The position numbers were made by a program, and so were the translations under genes. Under the pieces are notes generated by a model. The model searched no databases and was not told the DNA's origin. It worked only from the letters and a program-made list of their open reading frames with translations. This document shows positions 1 through 13,789 of a DNA stretch of 64,000 bases, piece by piece. Positions within the stretch are counted from its first letter, which is position 1, and every line of letters begins with the position of its first letter. The stretch lies in contig OZ249436.1 of the NCBI GenBank assembly GCA_965235115.1, positions 38,566,001-38,630,000 of the forward strand, read 5' to 3'. This stretch comes from Laetmonice hystrix (taxonomy: Eukaryota).

Positions 1-930
1 TATAATTAACTGAGATATCTCTAAAATAGGAATTGCCCGCCATGAAAGTCTGTGACATTATACAAATGTACACTTTTCTAAAAACGTAAATATCATAATT
101 GAGAGAGATAGCTCTAATGTAGGAACTGCTCGCCATGAAAGCCTATGACATTATACAAATGTACACTTTTCTAAAAACGTAAATATCATAATTGAGCGAG
201 ATAGCTCTAATAAAGGAACTGCTCGCCATGAAAGCCTATGACATTATACAAATGTGCACTTTTCTAAAAACGTAAATATCATAATTGAGAGAGATAGCTC
301 TAATGTAGGAACTGCTCGCCATGAAAGCCTATGACATTATACAAATGTACACTTTTCTAAAAACGTAAATATCATAATTGAGAGAGATAGCTCTAATGTA
401 GGAACTGCTCGCCATGAAAGCCTATGACATTATACAAATGTACACTTTTCTAAAAACGTAAATATCATAATTGAGCGAGATAGCTCTAATAAAGGAACTG
501 CTCGCCATGAAAGCCTATGACATTATACAAATGTGCACTTTTCTAAAAACGTAAATATCATAATTGAGAGAGATAGCTCTAATGTAGGAACTGCTCGCCA
601 TGAAAGCCTATGACATTATACAAATGTACACTTTTCTAAAAACGTAAATATCATAATTGAGAGAGATAGCTCTAATGTAGGAACTGCTCGCCATGAAAGC
701 CTATGACATTATACAAATGTACACTTTTCTAAAAACGTAAATATCATAATTGAGCGAGATAGCTCTAATAAAGGAACTGCTCGCCATGAAAGCCTATGAC
801 ATTATACAAATGTGCACTTTTCTAAAAACGTAAATATCATAATTGAGAGAGATAGCTCTAATGTAGGAACTGCTCGCCATGAAAGCCTATGACATTATAC
901 AAATGTACACTTTTCTAAAAACGTAAATGC
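1..930. repeat. 93-bp tandem repeat (~10 copies) with a 3-unit (279-bp) higher-order pattern; intronic in gene A
   Basis: TATCATAATTGAG recurs at 91, 184, 277 and onward. The variant GAGCGAG...TAAAGGA appears every third unit (~190, ~469, ~748). The array ends ~35 bp before the acceptor at 966. Confidence 0.95.
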
Positions 931-966
931 CAGTTTAAAACCTGCGTTATATTTTGTGGCGTGCAG

Positions 967-3900
967 GACCTCCTAAGGGAGGAATTGATCATGCAGGTCA
1001 AGTGGCACATTGACCGTTCCTCGCCGTCCGGTAAGCTCAGGGACCTGGTACTGTGGGCACGAGACATCATCCACGACGTCGGCTACCAGAAAAAGATCCG
1101 AGGGAACCCTATCACTAAACAACTGGCTGCCCGATGGTAACGATCACCTTCAGAGGGGCTAGACAATGATTTCAACTGGAAGATTTTATTGTTTCAACAT
1201 AGAGATCTATTAGGCGGAGTTAGCAACACCAATAAAACAGAAAGAGATTCTGATGAATTAGCCCATTTAATCTAACAATCATAATTGCGCAAGGCAGATT
1301 TGGATAGCAATTGACGTTTAAGCATGATGACTATTGAGAACTGTGAAAACTATTGTTTCAGGGCGATATGGAACTACGCTTGTATCCTGATCAGCTTGAT
1401 CATCCAAATCATCATGCTGTTGACATGGCAGTCGCCTCTGGTCGTCGACCAAGTGCCGTCAAACGCCACCCATCTCCCGATTGAGTTGTACAGGTAGGTG
1501 TAGACCAAAGGCTTATAGCGTGTTCTTCAGATCGAGTTGTACAGGTAGGTGTAGACCATAAGCTTATCATGTTCTTCAGATCGAGTTGTACAGGTAGGTG
1601 TAGACCATAAGCTTATCGTATGTTCTTCAGATCGAGTTGTACAGGTAGGTGTAGACCATAAGCTTATAGCGTGTTCTTCAGATCGAGTTGTACAGGTAGG
1701 TGTAGACCATAAGCTTATCGCATGTTCTTCAGATCGAGTTGTACACGTAGGTGTAGACCATAAGCTTATCATGTTCTTCAGATCGAGTTGTACAGGTAGG
1801 TGTAGACCATAAGCTTATCGTATGTTCTTCAGATCGAGTTGTACAGGTAGGTGTAGACCATAAGCTTATAGCGTGTTCTTCAGATCGAGTTGTACAGGTA
1901 GGTGTAGACCATAAGCTTATCATGTTCTTCAGATCGAGTTGTACAGGTAGGTGTAGACCATAAGCTTATCGTATGTTCTTCAGATCGAGTTGTACAGGTA
2001 GGTGTAGACCATAAGCTTATAGCATGTTCTTCAGATCGAGTTGTACAGGTAGGTGTAGACCATAAGCTTATCGCATGTTCTTCAGATCGAGTTGTACAGG
2101 TAGGTGTAGACCATAAGCGTATCGCATGTTCTTCAGATCGAGTTGTACAGGTAGGTGTAGACCATAAGCTTATCGTATGTTCTTCAGATCGAGTTGTACA
2201 GGTAGGTGTAGACCATAAGCTTATAGCATGTTCTTCAGATCGAGTTGTACAGGTAGGTGTAGACCATAAGATTATCGCATGTTCTTCAGATCGAGTTGTA
2301 CAGGTAGGTGTAGACCATAAGCTTATAGCATGTTCTTCAGAAACATGTCACTCTGAAATGTGTTGAAGAACGACATGGTAGGGCGGCGACTGACTTCCTG
2401 AAGATGACGCTCTGGGAAGGTTTTTCATGGCATGGTTATTGTGGGGAATCTCCATCGATAGGTGGCGCTAGTATGAATGCCTCAGTGAGACTGGTGGCGC
2501 CGCCTGTTGGCCATCAAAGGAGACACGTTTGTGGGAGACGCTGTGGTCATATTATTTCGTGTTTCAGCTACAATCCGTACGTAGCCTGGGAGGACTATGG
2601 CGTTACCATGGAAATATTGAGCATCTGCCACAACTGCTGCTGTGTTATGTTGGTGACGTGTTACTTTATGCTCAAACACCCTGCTCTGCCCCGGTTCACG
2701 TTCCTGAAGGCTCTCTATGCGTAAGTCCTTGCTTTGTCTGTATAGGCCTACGTATATATAATAAACATAACGAATTTGTTGAATGCTAAACTGGTTGTGA
2801 TCTACATTTCGATGTTTGACACGTGTTGGGATAAATATTTAATTAGGCCTATATACATGATATGTGACTCGCATGAATGGATGATTGACACATGATTTTA
2901 TGGAACACATGCGTTCAGGCGTTGCCGGAGAAGAACGAAGGGCGCCGACAAAGCGAAAGTTCAGGTGACCCATCACAAGTCTCGCATCGCCGTGGATCTG
3001 ATCAGCCCAGAGACAATTTATTACATGGTAACATACCCACATCTATACAAACACGAATACAATAGCGATTCTGTAATTAGAGGTCCTTTGTTAGGCTAAA
3101 GAATGACAGCCTTGACTTACCTGCCCCTCCCCTTTCCCCGAACTAGGCCTATATTGGTTCAATGTGTTCCGTTTCAGTTACTCTTGGCGTCGTCGTTTGC
3201 GGGCACCTTCGTACACGTGTACTTCTTCGCCTTTCACCTACTGAACATCATCGCCAATGTTGACCTGCTGAAAGGCGTGGTTCGGGCTGTCACTCTGAAT
3301 GGTAAATCATGGGATTTCAGTGGGTGGTCCAAGATTTTGATAAGGGGGGCACCAAAAAAATCTTTTAGCCTCGCTACGCTCGGGATGATTTGATTGGGAT
3401 TATACTAATAGCCTAAATCTTAATCCCCAAAAAGAAGGAAAATCTAAGGGGGGCGGGCCCCCTGAATCCCCCAGTGGATTTGGTTTAGAATTCACTTTTT
3501 AATGTTATCTTCTATCACGGCTTGCTACACAATTGTCACCTTATGTAGAGTAGATTCACTTGAGTGTTCCTCAGCCAGGTTTCTCGATAAGATGCTCCAG
3601 TCACTTAACACTGCACACCTCAATGATGATATTTCCGATTATTTCACCTCTCTCCTGTCTCTTGTCCTCCAGGCAAATCTTTGCTGTGGGTGGCGTTCAT
3701 GGGGCTGATCATCATCTACATCTATTCTATCGTTGCCTTCGCCTTCTTCCGACCAATCTTCACACCAGAGGAGGAGCTGTACTGTGGGTCTCTGTACGAA
3801 TGTACAGTCACCATGCTACGTTACGGCGTGGTCGGCGACATCTCTGAAGTAGGTCACCATTCAGTAATATTCGCATCTCCCGATGTGTCAATTAGTGAGC

Positions 3901-6348
3901 TCTGAAATACCGTCATTTTGAGGGGACTGGATAGATTGATTGGGAATATCCACGGTAACCGCTAACATTAATATCCGTGCCGTTTCAGAACTATCGACTC
4001 CACCCGCTGCAGAACGACTTTGCTCACTTCTCCTACCTCACGATCTTCCAAGTGTCATTCTTCGCCCTCTTCACGACCATTGGTCTCAACATTATCTTCG
4101 GTATCATCGTTGATACGTTTTCCGAGCTTCGAGACTTAAAGGTATTATTTATTTCTCCCTGTCAGGGGCGTATCCAGCAAATTTGGTTGGGGGGGGGAGC
4201 GGGGGCCTCAAAACCTAGAAGGAGTCCACACATGGGATATAGGGGGCCTAATATTATAGGGGGCCTAGTCGGATCTCGATTGTCAGCTGTCCCTGACGTT
4301 TTTTATTTATTTTTTTTTTTTTGGGGGGGGGGGGGGGGGGCTCAGGCAGAGTAAGCCCCCCTCGTATCCGCGCCTGCCTACATGTATCCGCGCCTGCCTA
4401 CATCCTGTTCCGTTACTTTGCCAAATAACAGTTTACCTTTGGTTTTTAATAAGAGTACATTCAGTCAGGTGTAATTCGAATTGGTCAATATCCGGTTCAT
4501 ACATAACTCTCCACCATTGCAGTGGATGGCAGAAAAAGACATGCGAGGATCTTGTTTCATTTGCGGCATCGACAGTCATGTCTTCGAGAACAGTGGCCAG
4601 GTGAGCTGAGGAATCGGCTTTAGTGTCAGAATTAGTAGTTTATGACACTGCCTCAGACAAAGTGGTTATAAGTTAGAAATGAAACTTGCTTTAATGTAAC
4701 CAAATTATGTCTAATATCATAAAGCGTTTGGACCGGTCGATTGGACACTTGATGGGTCTGTAATACATTTTGAAGGATGGAAGGTGTTGTATTTCTGACA
4801 CTTGATGGGTCTGTAATACATTTTGAAGGATGGAAGATGTATTTCTGACACTTGATGGGTCTGTAATACATTTTGAAGGATGGAAGGTGTTGTATTTCTG
4901 ATACTTGATGGGTCTATAATACATTTTGAAGGATGGAAGGTGTTGTATTTCTGACACTTGATGGGTCTATAATACATTTTGAAGGATGGAAGGTGTTGTA
5001 TTTCTGACACTTGATGGGTCTGTAATACATTTTGAAGGATGGAAGGTGTTGTATTTCTGACACTTGATGGGTCTGCAATACATTTTGAAGGATGGAAGGT
5101 GTTGTATTTCTGACACTTGATGGGTCTATAATACATTTTGAAGGATGGAAGGTGTTGTATTTCTGACACTTGATGGGTCTGTAATACATTTTGAAGGATG
5201 GAAGGTGTTGTATTTCTGACACTTGATGGGTCTGTAATACATTTTGAAGGATGGAAGATGTTGTATTTCTGATATTATCATCACAGGGGTTCCTGCATCA
5301 TGTCAAACACGAACACAACATGTGGTCCTACATATTTTACTTCATTTATCTAAATGAGGTAAAGGACACCGACTACACGGCATTGGACATGCACGTCAGC
5401 AAAATGGTAGGCATGGCCGTTCTAAACGTAAGGCATTGTAAACGTTTACCTTTATTTATGTTAAAGGCCCAGATACACAGACAGATTTACGGCCGATTTT
5501 GAGATACGGCCGATTTTTCTTTATAATTTTTCTATGGAGAAAAATCGGCCGTATCTCAAAATCTGTGTATCTGGGCCTTTATCAGACTTGTGACATTGTA
5601 ATGGAGAAGAAAGTCTTTGGGGCATAGAAAAACGTCCATTATAGACCTGACAACTTTCTCTGTGTGATAACAGTTCCGTGCAGACCAGCTGGATTTCTTC
5701 CCTCTCAATCGGTCTCTGGGCCTTCAGAACATGGGGGATGACGACAATGACACCAAGGTGGACGATCTCCTCAACGCTGTCAAGGATATCAACAGATACT
5801 ACCGCAAACAGGTATACCAACAAGGCTATACCAACATAGCCTTGACTAGAAGGCCCGGCGTTCATGATTGGCCGCTAAAAGCACTTTCTTCCTTTTTTTA
5901 GTACCTTGACCATCAAATCTGAAACTGAAATGAAACTCTACGTTAAGTAATACTGGGGTGCGTTTCTGTAAGGAAAGATGTAAGCAAAGAGTCTTTCAAA
6001 AGACGTCTTTTCGGGACCAGTCGCCGCAAAGACTCTTTGGGTTCAGCGATCTCAGAGTCTTTTGGGCTTTATAGAAACGCACCCCAGACGTATATCTGGT
6101 GTTTGCAGGAAGCACGTCAGCGTACAGTGGCGGAGAATCGCCAACAGATCCTGTGGCGACGTCAAATGCAGAGACGTCCCGCGGACAGCTTTGTCAGTTC
6201 TGACGCAGAGGACGTCAGGAGAAGGGATGACGTCACGTCATCACCGTCTGACGAGGACGCCATGCCCAGGCCTCTCCGAGTCCAGGACTCTTACTTCGCT
6301 GACGACGATGCTGATCTGGAAGTCATGGAAGAGGAAAGCCACGTCTGA
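967..6348 (+). CDS. ITPR: Divergent inositol 1,4,5-trisphosphate receptor-like Ca2+-release channel, gene A (C-terminal channel region; 5' part lies outside the window)
   Basis: Phase-consistent GT-AG exons: 967-1136, 1362-1493, 2568-2720, 2919-3027, 3178-3301, 3673-3848, 3989-4141, 4523-4600, 5287-5406, 5674-5811, 6109-6348 (TGA). IP3R/RyR-family motifs: YFFAFHLLNII...VRAVTLNGKSLL, LNIIFGIIVDTFSELR, CFICG...HVKHEHNMWSY (zinc finger), LDFFP. Confidence 0.9.
1480..2340 (+). repeat. 49-51-bp tandem repeat (~17 copies) that duplicates the exon end and 5' splice site of gene A exon 1362-1493
   Basis: Unit ATCGAGTTGTACAG|GTAGGTGTAGACCATAAGCTTAT..TGTTCTTCAG. The first copy is the real donor at 1493/1494. 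Confidence 0.95.
4743..5272. repeat. 53-bp tandem repeat (~10 copies) ending next to the acceptor at 5286
   Basis: Unit GACACTTGATGGGTCTGTAATACATTTTGAAGGATGGAAGGTGTTGTATTTCT. Confidence 0.95.
5462..5581. mobile_element. Short palindromic MITE-like insertion in a gene A intron
   Basis: Inverted ends TAAAGGCCCAGATACACAGA / TCTGTGTATCTGGGCCTTTA, plus internal inverted TTTTGAGATACGGCCGATTTTTCT. Confidence 0.7.
5953..6087. mobile_element. Short MITE-like insertion in the last intron of gene A
   Basis: Inverted ends CTGGGGTGCGTTTCT / AGAAACGCACCCCAG. Confidence 0.6.
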
Positions 6349-9067
6349 TCGATGTCCATTCATGGATACAGGCTGAAATTGAGCGTGTAGCGTGATTTTG
6401 TTTTAGGTGGCCATCAAACATTTAGTATACAGTCACCTGGATATATGGTCACCTTCGTATCTTGCCACAGACTGCGCTGTACGATGCTGGGGGCGTGTCT
6501 TCCAGTTTAAAAGAACACATGCTTGCCAAAAAGGACATTAGATGATGAGGAATTACTGGAGGAGTTTCCCCTTGCTCCTCATCTTGTTACAGTCTTGAGC
6601 TGTACAAAAGGATAGTTTTTTTTCTTATATGCCGCGTTCATACTTGATTGATATTATGCCAGTTGCTTTCCAGGTTCCAATTACTATTCATATTCCATAT
6701 TAATATTACGATACGCAGGCCTACAGGTTATTCATAAATATGTGTACATTACAAAGCTCATTATCTGATTTCCTCCACTGGGGAAATGGGATCTAGAAAC
6801 TGTATGGTTTTCGTCAACTTTTCTTTTTAATTCTGCACATGCACGAGCAGACGTCACTCATCTAGTCAAGATGCTATCAAAGAGAGGGTTCGATTAGGCC
6901 TGAAGTAATTATTTTAATAACATGATTTGACTGGTGACTATTGCTGTAGAATACGCAAATTTGCTTTAATGCCACGTTTTACTGTGTAGGTTAATGCACC
7001 GGTTGTTACTGCAATGATGTCAATGTTGAATTCAAACATTCCAATAGGAACAGACCAGATATACAAATGTAGGTCGTATATATGTCAAGGACGATTTTCA
7101 CAAAAGCCTCTCGCAGACTATAGAATTTGTTATCAGTTTAGATAGTACCAACAGGCAATGTAATGAATATTAGTTGATTTTAAGGGACCGGTATTTTTTT
7201 TTTCATTTCCATTTGTTTTTATTCGTAAGAAATGCTTATACATTGTATTGTATTAAGCACCAAGTCGTGCTTATAGGGTTTTTTTCCTACATTTATTTAC
7301 GTCATTATTGAGCGAGAAACCTGAGATGGCTACATAATCGAAACATGACAATTATCTTCGACGAGTGATGCCTAGTGAATAAGTCTATGCATCGATTGGC
7401 ATGATGTAGTCCACAAAGCATTGGGGAATAAAGTGCTACAATACTAACAGGACTTGGCTTGTATACCCGAGAGATAAGCTTGAAAGCTTAAAGAATTACC
7501 ATGGGGGCATTTTATAGATGTTTAGGCCTAAATTCTACGAGAAAAATAAAGATGTAAGTGATTTCATCAACTATAGTAGCACGAGTTGTTCTCAAAACTC
7601 CAACTGAAAACTGGATTCATGTATCCATCAAGGGAACTCGGAGAAATGTGCATGCTGTTCACCTCTGATCTCGTATTGAGTGGGGGTAAAATAGGTGTCC
7701 GCCTCTGGCAGGAGTGATTATGTCCTTAACTTTCCAACTGCCATGCGATGACCTCTGCCACGTCAAAAATTGAAATATTTTCAATCTTCGCGGCAACGCA
7801 CAGCGACAACGCAGTGGCCAATCAACACAATGCGAATGGTGAAATCACTCCTCTTTTTAGTTTGTTCAATAGCTTGCGACAACGCAAATGCGATTCGCAT
7901 TGCGAAATCGGCTTAGGTGTATTCCTATCCTAAAATGCATCATATACCAAGTTGCGAAGGTTTACGAAAATATGGACGCTTGAGGCGTAGCTAACGGCGC
8001 CTCATAATGCCATGGGGCCTAATGTACACATTCAAATTCATTCGCCAGGCATCTCGGTCCATACTTTCACTCACTACTCGAGCATCAGTCAAATAGACCT
8101 ACAGCACGGACAGAGGTAGAAGGGCAAGTGCTACACATCATCAAAAACAGCGGAATAACGGCAAATCAGGTATTTCTGGAATGTAAGCTTATAACGTGGC
8201 AGATTTAGCAGGGGGCCTGGGCATCCCTCCCAAAATTTTCCCAAAGCAGGGTTCTGGTCCCCCTCCACTCCATACTGAGGGACCCTTGCCCATGTCCGGT
8301 AGCTATTATGGGTCCATTCATCCACCCATACACCTGTGCTCCCCCCCCCCCCCGAAAAAAATCCTGGATCCGGCCCTGCTATACCCCACCCCTCGCATTA
8401 CATCTTCAAAGCTCGGCCATGAGGGCATCTAAGACATAGACATAGACATACTGCAAAATTATAACTCTGGATTCAGCTGGGCCCCCGCTGGATCTGCCAC
8501 TGGAATGTCTGGCGTAGCACTGGGCATTGCTCTCCTAACCTTCTTTTGCCTGTCCGAATACTCCACGCAGCGCATGGTATAAAGTTGACTGAGTGTCGTC
8601 CCAGCTGCCAGCAAATAGGGACTGACATCACGTGTCGTTTAAACTATACCTCCAATGCGAACTCACCGCTGTGTACAATTCGTCGTGAATCATGCCACTT
8701 GATCAAATTGGTGTCGAAAATAAATCGGACGTTTGGAAGTGCGAACCGAGCAGTTTGATTACCGTTGCCTGCAATGTTGTTAGTTCTAATGCACATGCGC
8801 ACTGAATGGCCAGTAGGGGAGCATACCATCACACAAGGAGCCAAGCACTCCTCTATTCTGGCCCGAGATCCAGCCCCCCCTTCTTAGATCCCTTCGTTAA
8901 TTTAAAATGACCGCCGGCCGTGACAATGTTGAAGTGCCCGCTTGGTTTGAAAAATCACCTAAAAAATTGCTTTGTAAAAGGGCTTGAGCTACATTCATTG
9001 GACTCAATGGCTGAAGGTAAAGGCAAAACTTCATTTGAAATGATAAGCTATGTGCGCTATAGCTCAT

Positions 9068-9374
9068 TTGTACCATGGTCTGGTGGTGACATACACACAC
9101 ACACACATGTGTGTGTGGGTGTAGGGCAATAAACAGCTCAGTACACACCCACACACAAATTTGCGTGTGTGTATTAAATACAAAAACTTTTTGTATTTAA
9201 TACAAAAACTTTTTGTATTTAATACAGAAAGTTTTTGTATTTAATACAAAACCTTTTTGTATTTAATACAAAAACTTTTTGTATTTAATACAGAAAGTTT
9301 TTGTATTAAATACAGAAAGTTTTTGTATTTAATACAGAAAGTTTTCGTATATATACAGAGAGTTACTCTTGCAT
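9068..9374 (+). repeat. Dispersed element: conserved head, (CA)n/(TG)n tract and a ~22-bp AT-rich tandem array
   Basis: Near-identical copy at ~26500-26760 (+) and a reverse-complement copy of the array and tail at ~18888-19078. Confidence 0.75.
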
Positions 9375-11117
9375 TATCCAATCTGAAGTTCATTGCTTAG
9401 GGTGTCGCACTTCAAAGAATCTTTATCGCTATCTAATTGAGTGGAACGAATGAGAACGGAGGGATGGAGGGAGGCTGGGCGAGGAGGTAACCGACTGACC
9501 TATAAGAGTATAGACCAGCAGTGACCATGCGTGCACTGGTCTGGCCACAGTATTGGCACCCTCTTCCCGACTCACTCATGACCCAGTCTGCATCCACACT
9601 TTATGGTCCTGTCATTATCAGAGATCTCCTTCATTATATTCTATATTTTTAAGATACTTGCTGAAATCAAAAGCTGGGCATTGTCATAAATTAATAAATA
9701 TTATGACATGTCATGCTCGGGGCGGGTTTCCAGTATTTTTCCATTGATTTGAGCAATATTATACAAATATTGGATGGCGGCGAGTCCACTATACAGTTTA
9801 CGGGACGAAGAAAAGCGATAATGGACGAGGCGAAGCCGAGTCCATTATCGCTTTTCAGAGTCCCATAAACTGTATAGTAGACGAGCTGCCATCCAACACT
9901 TGCTATATTATACACCTATAGAGGTCTATATAGGGCCTAAGTAAAATATTGATAATCCCATATATAAATAAAGTCGAGAACACCCGCTTATGAAAATTAT
10001 GTAGGTTCAACTTTAATAAACACATTTTCTGTAACCATGGTCAATGTGACAATTGGACACATTAACTTTAGAACCCCATTAACTAGTTACTATAGTTAAA
10101 TTCATCTTATCTTATCCATCTTATCACCTTATCATCTAGAATTAGCCTGGGCAGCCGGGCAGGACTGCTCTTATCATTTAGATCTACTTTGACGTCGTCT
10201 CTATGGTTTCCAGAGCGAACCGTCCAATATCGTATTTTACCATCCAATATCAAAATTTTCGGGACGGTCACGTGGTACAAATGGACCAATCAGATTGCTT
10301 AGCTGGGCCAGGTGTATAATATTATTAACTATGACCTAGCAAACAGCATGGACGTGCTGCACTGGTGCCAACATGTGTGAAACTCGTTAACTCAACAACG
10401 TTGTGTGCTGCAGTTAAATGCGTACAAGGGACAGATATTCAGAATTTGACAGCATCTCTTCCTTCTGGCACCAAATTTACCATGACGGTCCCATCGTGGT
10501 GGGTCAGGTTGCAGTGACAGCCTCTGTCTGACCTAGAATTGCCATTTCCGAAATGAACCAGCCGGCTAGTTCCCACCAGAAAATTATATATTCATCATTA
10601 TATAGGCATTCACTATAACTAAATATGGTATATTTTCATGCAATTTGTAGCCTACGTCTTAAATTCCCTTTTCCCTTGGCATACGTACGTACGAAGATCA
10701 GTCTAATGTATAGACTATGTTTTCTTGAATGTTTTCTTAGTCAGTTTGTAACCTGCGTGATGATTCACACATCTATTTGGTTTGCTGTGCTTTTGCAACT
10801 GTAGATCAATTGAACTTGCTTTTTCTGCAAAGACCAGACTGTTTGCGGGAGAATATATTATTAGGGCTATATATAGGGTGCTGATATGGTACCAATACAA
10901 CGAAGACCTATAGACCCAAAATCGAAGACTGATATGGTACCTATACAACGAAGACCTATAGACCCAAAATCGAAGACCCCGCCCTTTTTCATTATATCAT
11001 CTTGTTATGTCACCAAACCTTGTCGAACTACACCATACTGCTGCTGGTAAATTGAGGAAACAATCAGGGGTTTCGTTTACTAGTTTACCCCCCCCCCCCT
11101 TAAAACTATAAAAGTTG

Positions 11118-11272
11118 CCGGGAGAGGTGTCGGGAGAGGTGTCGGGAGAGGTGTCGGTAGAGGAGCCGGGAGAGGTGTCTCGAGAGGAGCCGAGAGGTGT
11201 CGGGAGAGGTGTCGGGAGGTGCCGAGAGAGGAGCCGCGCAGTGTCGGGAGAATGCTCGCGGGAAGAGGTGTC
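11118..11272. repeat. 12-bp GC-rich minisatellite (GGGAGAGGTGTC)n
   Basis: Direct repeats visible. A related array in the opposite orientation lies at 15910-16315. Confidence 0.85.
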
Positions 11273-12210
11273 CATGGCCTGATCATTAATTATGTCATGT
11301 TCACATAGTTGTCAACATGTATGAGGGAAAATACGGTAGATCTTTTTCTGGCCTGTGTATCAGGATGTGCCGAAGGTACATGGGCCCTGCTAAGGGGCTC
11401 CGGGGCCATGCTCCCCTATAACATTTTGAAATCTAAAGTGCAAACCATGCATTCTCCTAAAAAAGTCAAATTTTTAACATTTATTTCACAGCTTCAAAAC
11501 ATCCAGCTCTCAAAACGTTAAGTTTTGCATCAAGTATAAAACAAAATGACAAAAGCGGTAGATTTGTAGCAATCAGAATCATTATATTATATACATAATA
11601 TTAAACATACATTAGGCTATACATAATATATACATACATAATAACATTATACATCATTATACATAACAGCTTTAAAAAAAGTATTATTACCACTATATGT
11701 GCAGTGTTACCAGAGGTTCACATCACTTTCCCACTGGGGGATCCAGGGGGCCGGGCCCCCCTTAAATTTTCTTTTTCCCCGCTTTTTTTGTAGGAAGATG
11801 CATTATTCGGACCCTGAAACCAGTATTCCAACAAAATTCTGTAAAAAAAGCCTCCTATATTGTACGTGATAGTAACATCGGGCCCAATACAGCAATAGGG
11901 CCTCCTCTGTCATCCAGGAGCAACATAACTCTGGGCCATGCAGCATTGAAATAGACCAAAAGAGGCCCAAAATGGCCATAATTACAATAAAATCATGCAG
12001 AGCGTAGCGAGGCGCCAAAAAGTATATAGGTGCCCCCCCCCCCCTTATCAAAATCCTGGACCCCCCACTGCTTTCCCCAATCATTAATGGAAAGTGGCGG
12101 GCTTCAAACGACGTTTGAAAGTCGTCCCTTTTTGAAGGCTGCATGTGTGTCACCGTTTGAAGTGCGTCCCTTTTCACGTTGTTTTATACATAGGTGCCTC
12201 GATTGAACAC

Positions 12211-13484
12211 TACGGTGGCCGGTTAGTGCCAACGACGATTACAAAAGAGGAAACACGTTTACAAATTAAAAACGACGAATGCAAAAGAGAAAACACGCTT
12301 ACAAATTAAAAACGACGAATGCAAAAGAGAAAACACAAACGCAAAAGTTAGAACGGCGATTACAAAACAGAAACCACGACCACAAATTCAAAAACGCAAA
12401 AACAAAAGAGAAAACACAAACGCAAACGCCAAAACCGCAATTACAAAACAAAAACCGCGAAAACAAATTCAAACATGCACGCAAATGCAAGAGAGAGATC
12501 ACAAACGCGAACAACAAGTTGGCGTGTAGCACGCTTACAAGAATGGTATCCATGTTCGGGGCCCAGGGACGACCAGGGCGAGTCTAAGTGGACAGGGGTG
12601 TTTGCACTCTGACTAGTTCTGGCGATACTGCACTTCCGTTAGTAGAAGAGCGGTGCATAAGGAAACCAAAAACTACCAAAAACTACCGAAAACTACGGTA
12701 GTTTTCGGTAGTTTTTCGGTACAAAAAAACCAGCTTTCGGTAGTTTTTTGGTAGTTTTCGGTACCGAAAACTAGTTTTCGGTAGTTTTTCGGTAGTTTTT
12801 GGTACCGAAAACTAGTTAAAAACTAATTTTCGGTTTCCTTATGCACCCCCCTGGTGCATAAGGAAACCGAAAACTAGTTTTCGGTAGTTTTCGGTACCGA
12901 AAACTACTTTTTTGGTAGTTTTTCGGGACAAAAAACTAGTTTTCGGTAGTTTTTTGATAGTTTTTGGTACCGAAAACTAGTTTTCGGTAGTTTTTCGCTA
13001 GTTTTTGGTACCGAAAACTAGTTAAAAACCTAGTTAAAAACTAGTTTTCGGTAGTAATTTTGGGTACCGAAAACTACTACCGAAAACTAGTTTTCGGTAG
13101 TTTTCGGTAGTTTTCGGTTTCCTTATGCACCCGGTAGATGTCACCTCAGCTCACCCCTGTCCCACATTTACACTTAGACTCGTCCTGGTCGACTCTCGGC
13201 CCGGAACATGGATATCCTTTTTGTAAACGTGCTTCACGCCAAGTTGTTGTTTGTGGTGTGAGAGGGATTTGTATTCATCGTTTTTGCTTTTGTATTTGTC
13301 GTTTTGAATTTGTATTCTATGTTTTGAATTTGTATTTGTGGTTTTTACTTTTATATTTGTCGTCTTGCTTTTGTATTCGTCGTTTTGAATTTGTATTTGT
13401 CGTTTTGCTTTTGTATTTGTCGTTTTGCTTTTGTATTCGTCGTTTTGAATTTGTATTCGTCGTTGGCACTAATCGGCCACCGTA
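12211..13484. mobile_element. Non-autonomous foldback DNA transposon flanked by TA, with long imperfect inverted arms
   Basis: TACGGTGGCCGGTTAGTGCCAACGACGA at 12211 is inverted to TCGTCGTTGGCACTAATCGGCCACCGTA ending at 13484. Inner arms 12520-12600 and 13152-13243 are also complementary. Confidence 0.8.
12652..13131. mobile_element. Head-to-tail dimer of a small MITE (TIR GGTGCATAAGGAAACC) nested in the foldback element
   Basis: Units at 12652-12847 and 12853-13131. Each is bounded by GGTGCATAAGGAAACC / GGTTTCCTTATGCACC and filled with TTTTCGGTAG 10-mers. Confidence 0.8.
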
Positions 13485-13789
13485 GAACACACTACTGGGC
13501 CATATACACTGAGCCTTGGTACGGCCGATTTCGGCCTCATCCGACGATCGGCTGAAAAGTTTCATCGCGGGTCGTGTGAAATATTTTCAGTGTGTTTTCT
13601 CCGCGCGGAGCAAGTGCTGTGCGGGGGGGAAATCAGTCGCGTGAACTCCGCGGAGCAATTGATTCAAATCAATCGCTCCGCCCGGAACTTTCTTCCACAC
13701 GGGCGACCCTCGGGACAAACCTCGGAAGACAGGGTGTACCCTCATAGTGTTCTTAGGGCGGGGCCACACTAAAATAGCCGACCGACCGT

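Noticed and set aside
1480..2340. Possible CRISPR array (also considered for 36300-36940, 46675-47613 and 52368-52968)
   Set aside because: The units are contiguous with no unique spacers, there are no cas genes, and the context is intronic or UTR sequence of a eukaryote.
4162..4378. G/C-run elements of the CAGGGGCG(G/T)ATCCAG...GGATCCGC type, recurring at ~3320, 8197, 11735, 17810, 34198, 38435 and 49900, considered as regulatory G-quadruplex sites
   Set aside because: They look like an abundant short dispersed repeat family with poorly defined ends, and there is no evidence for a specific function.
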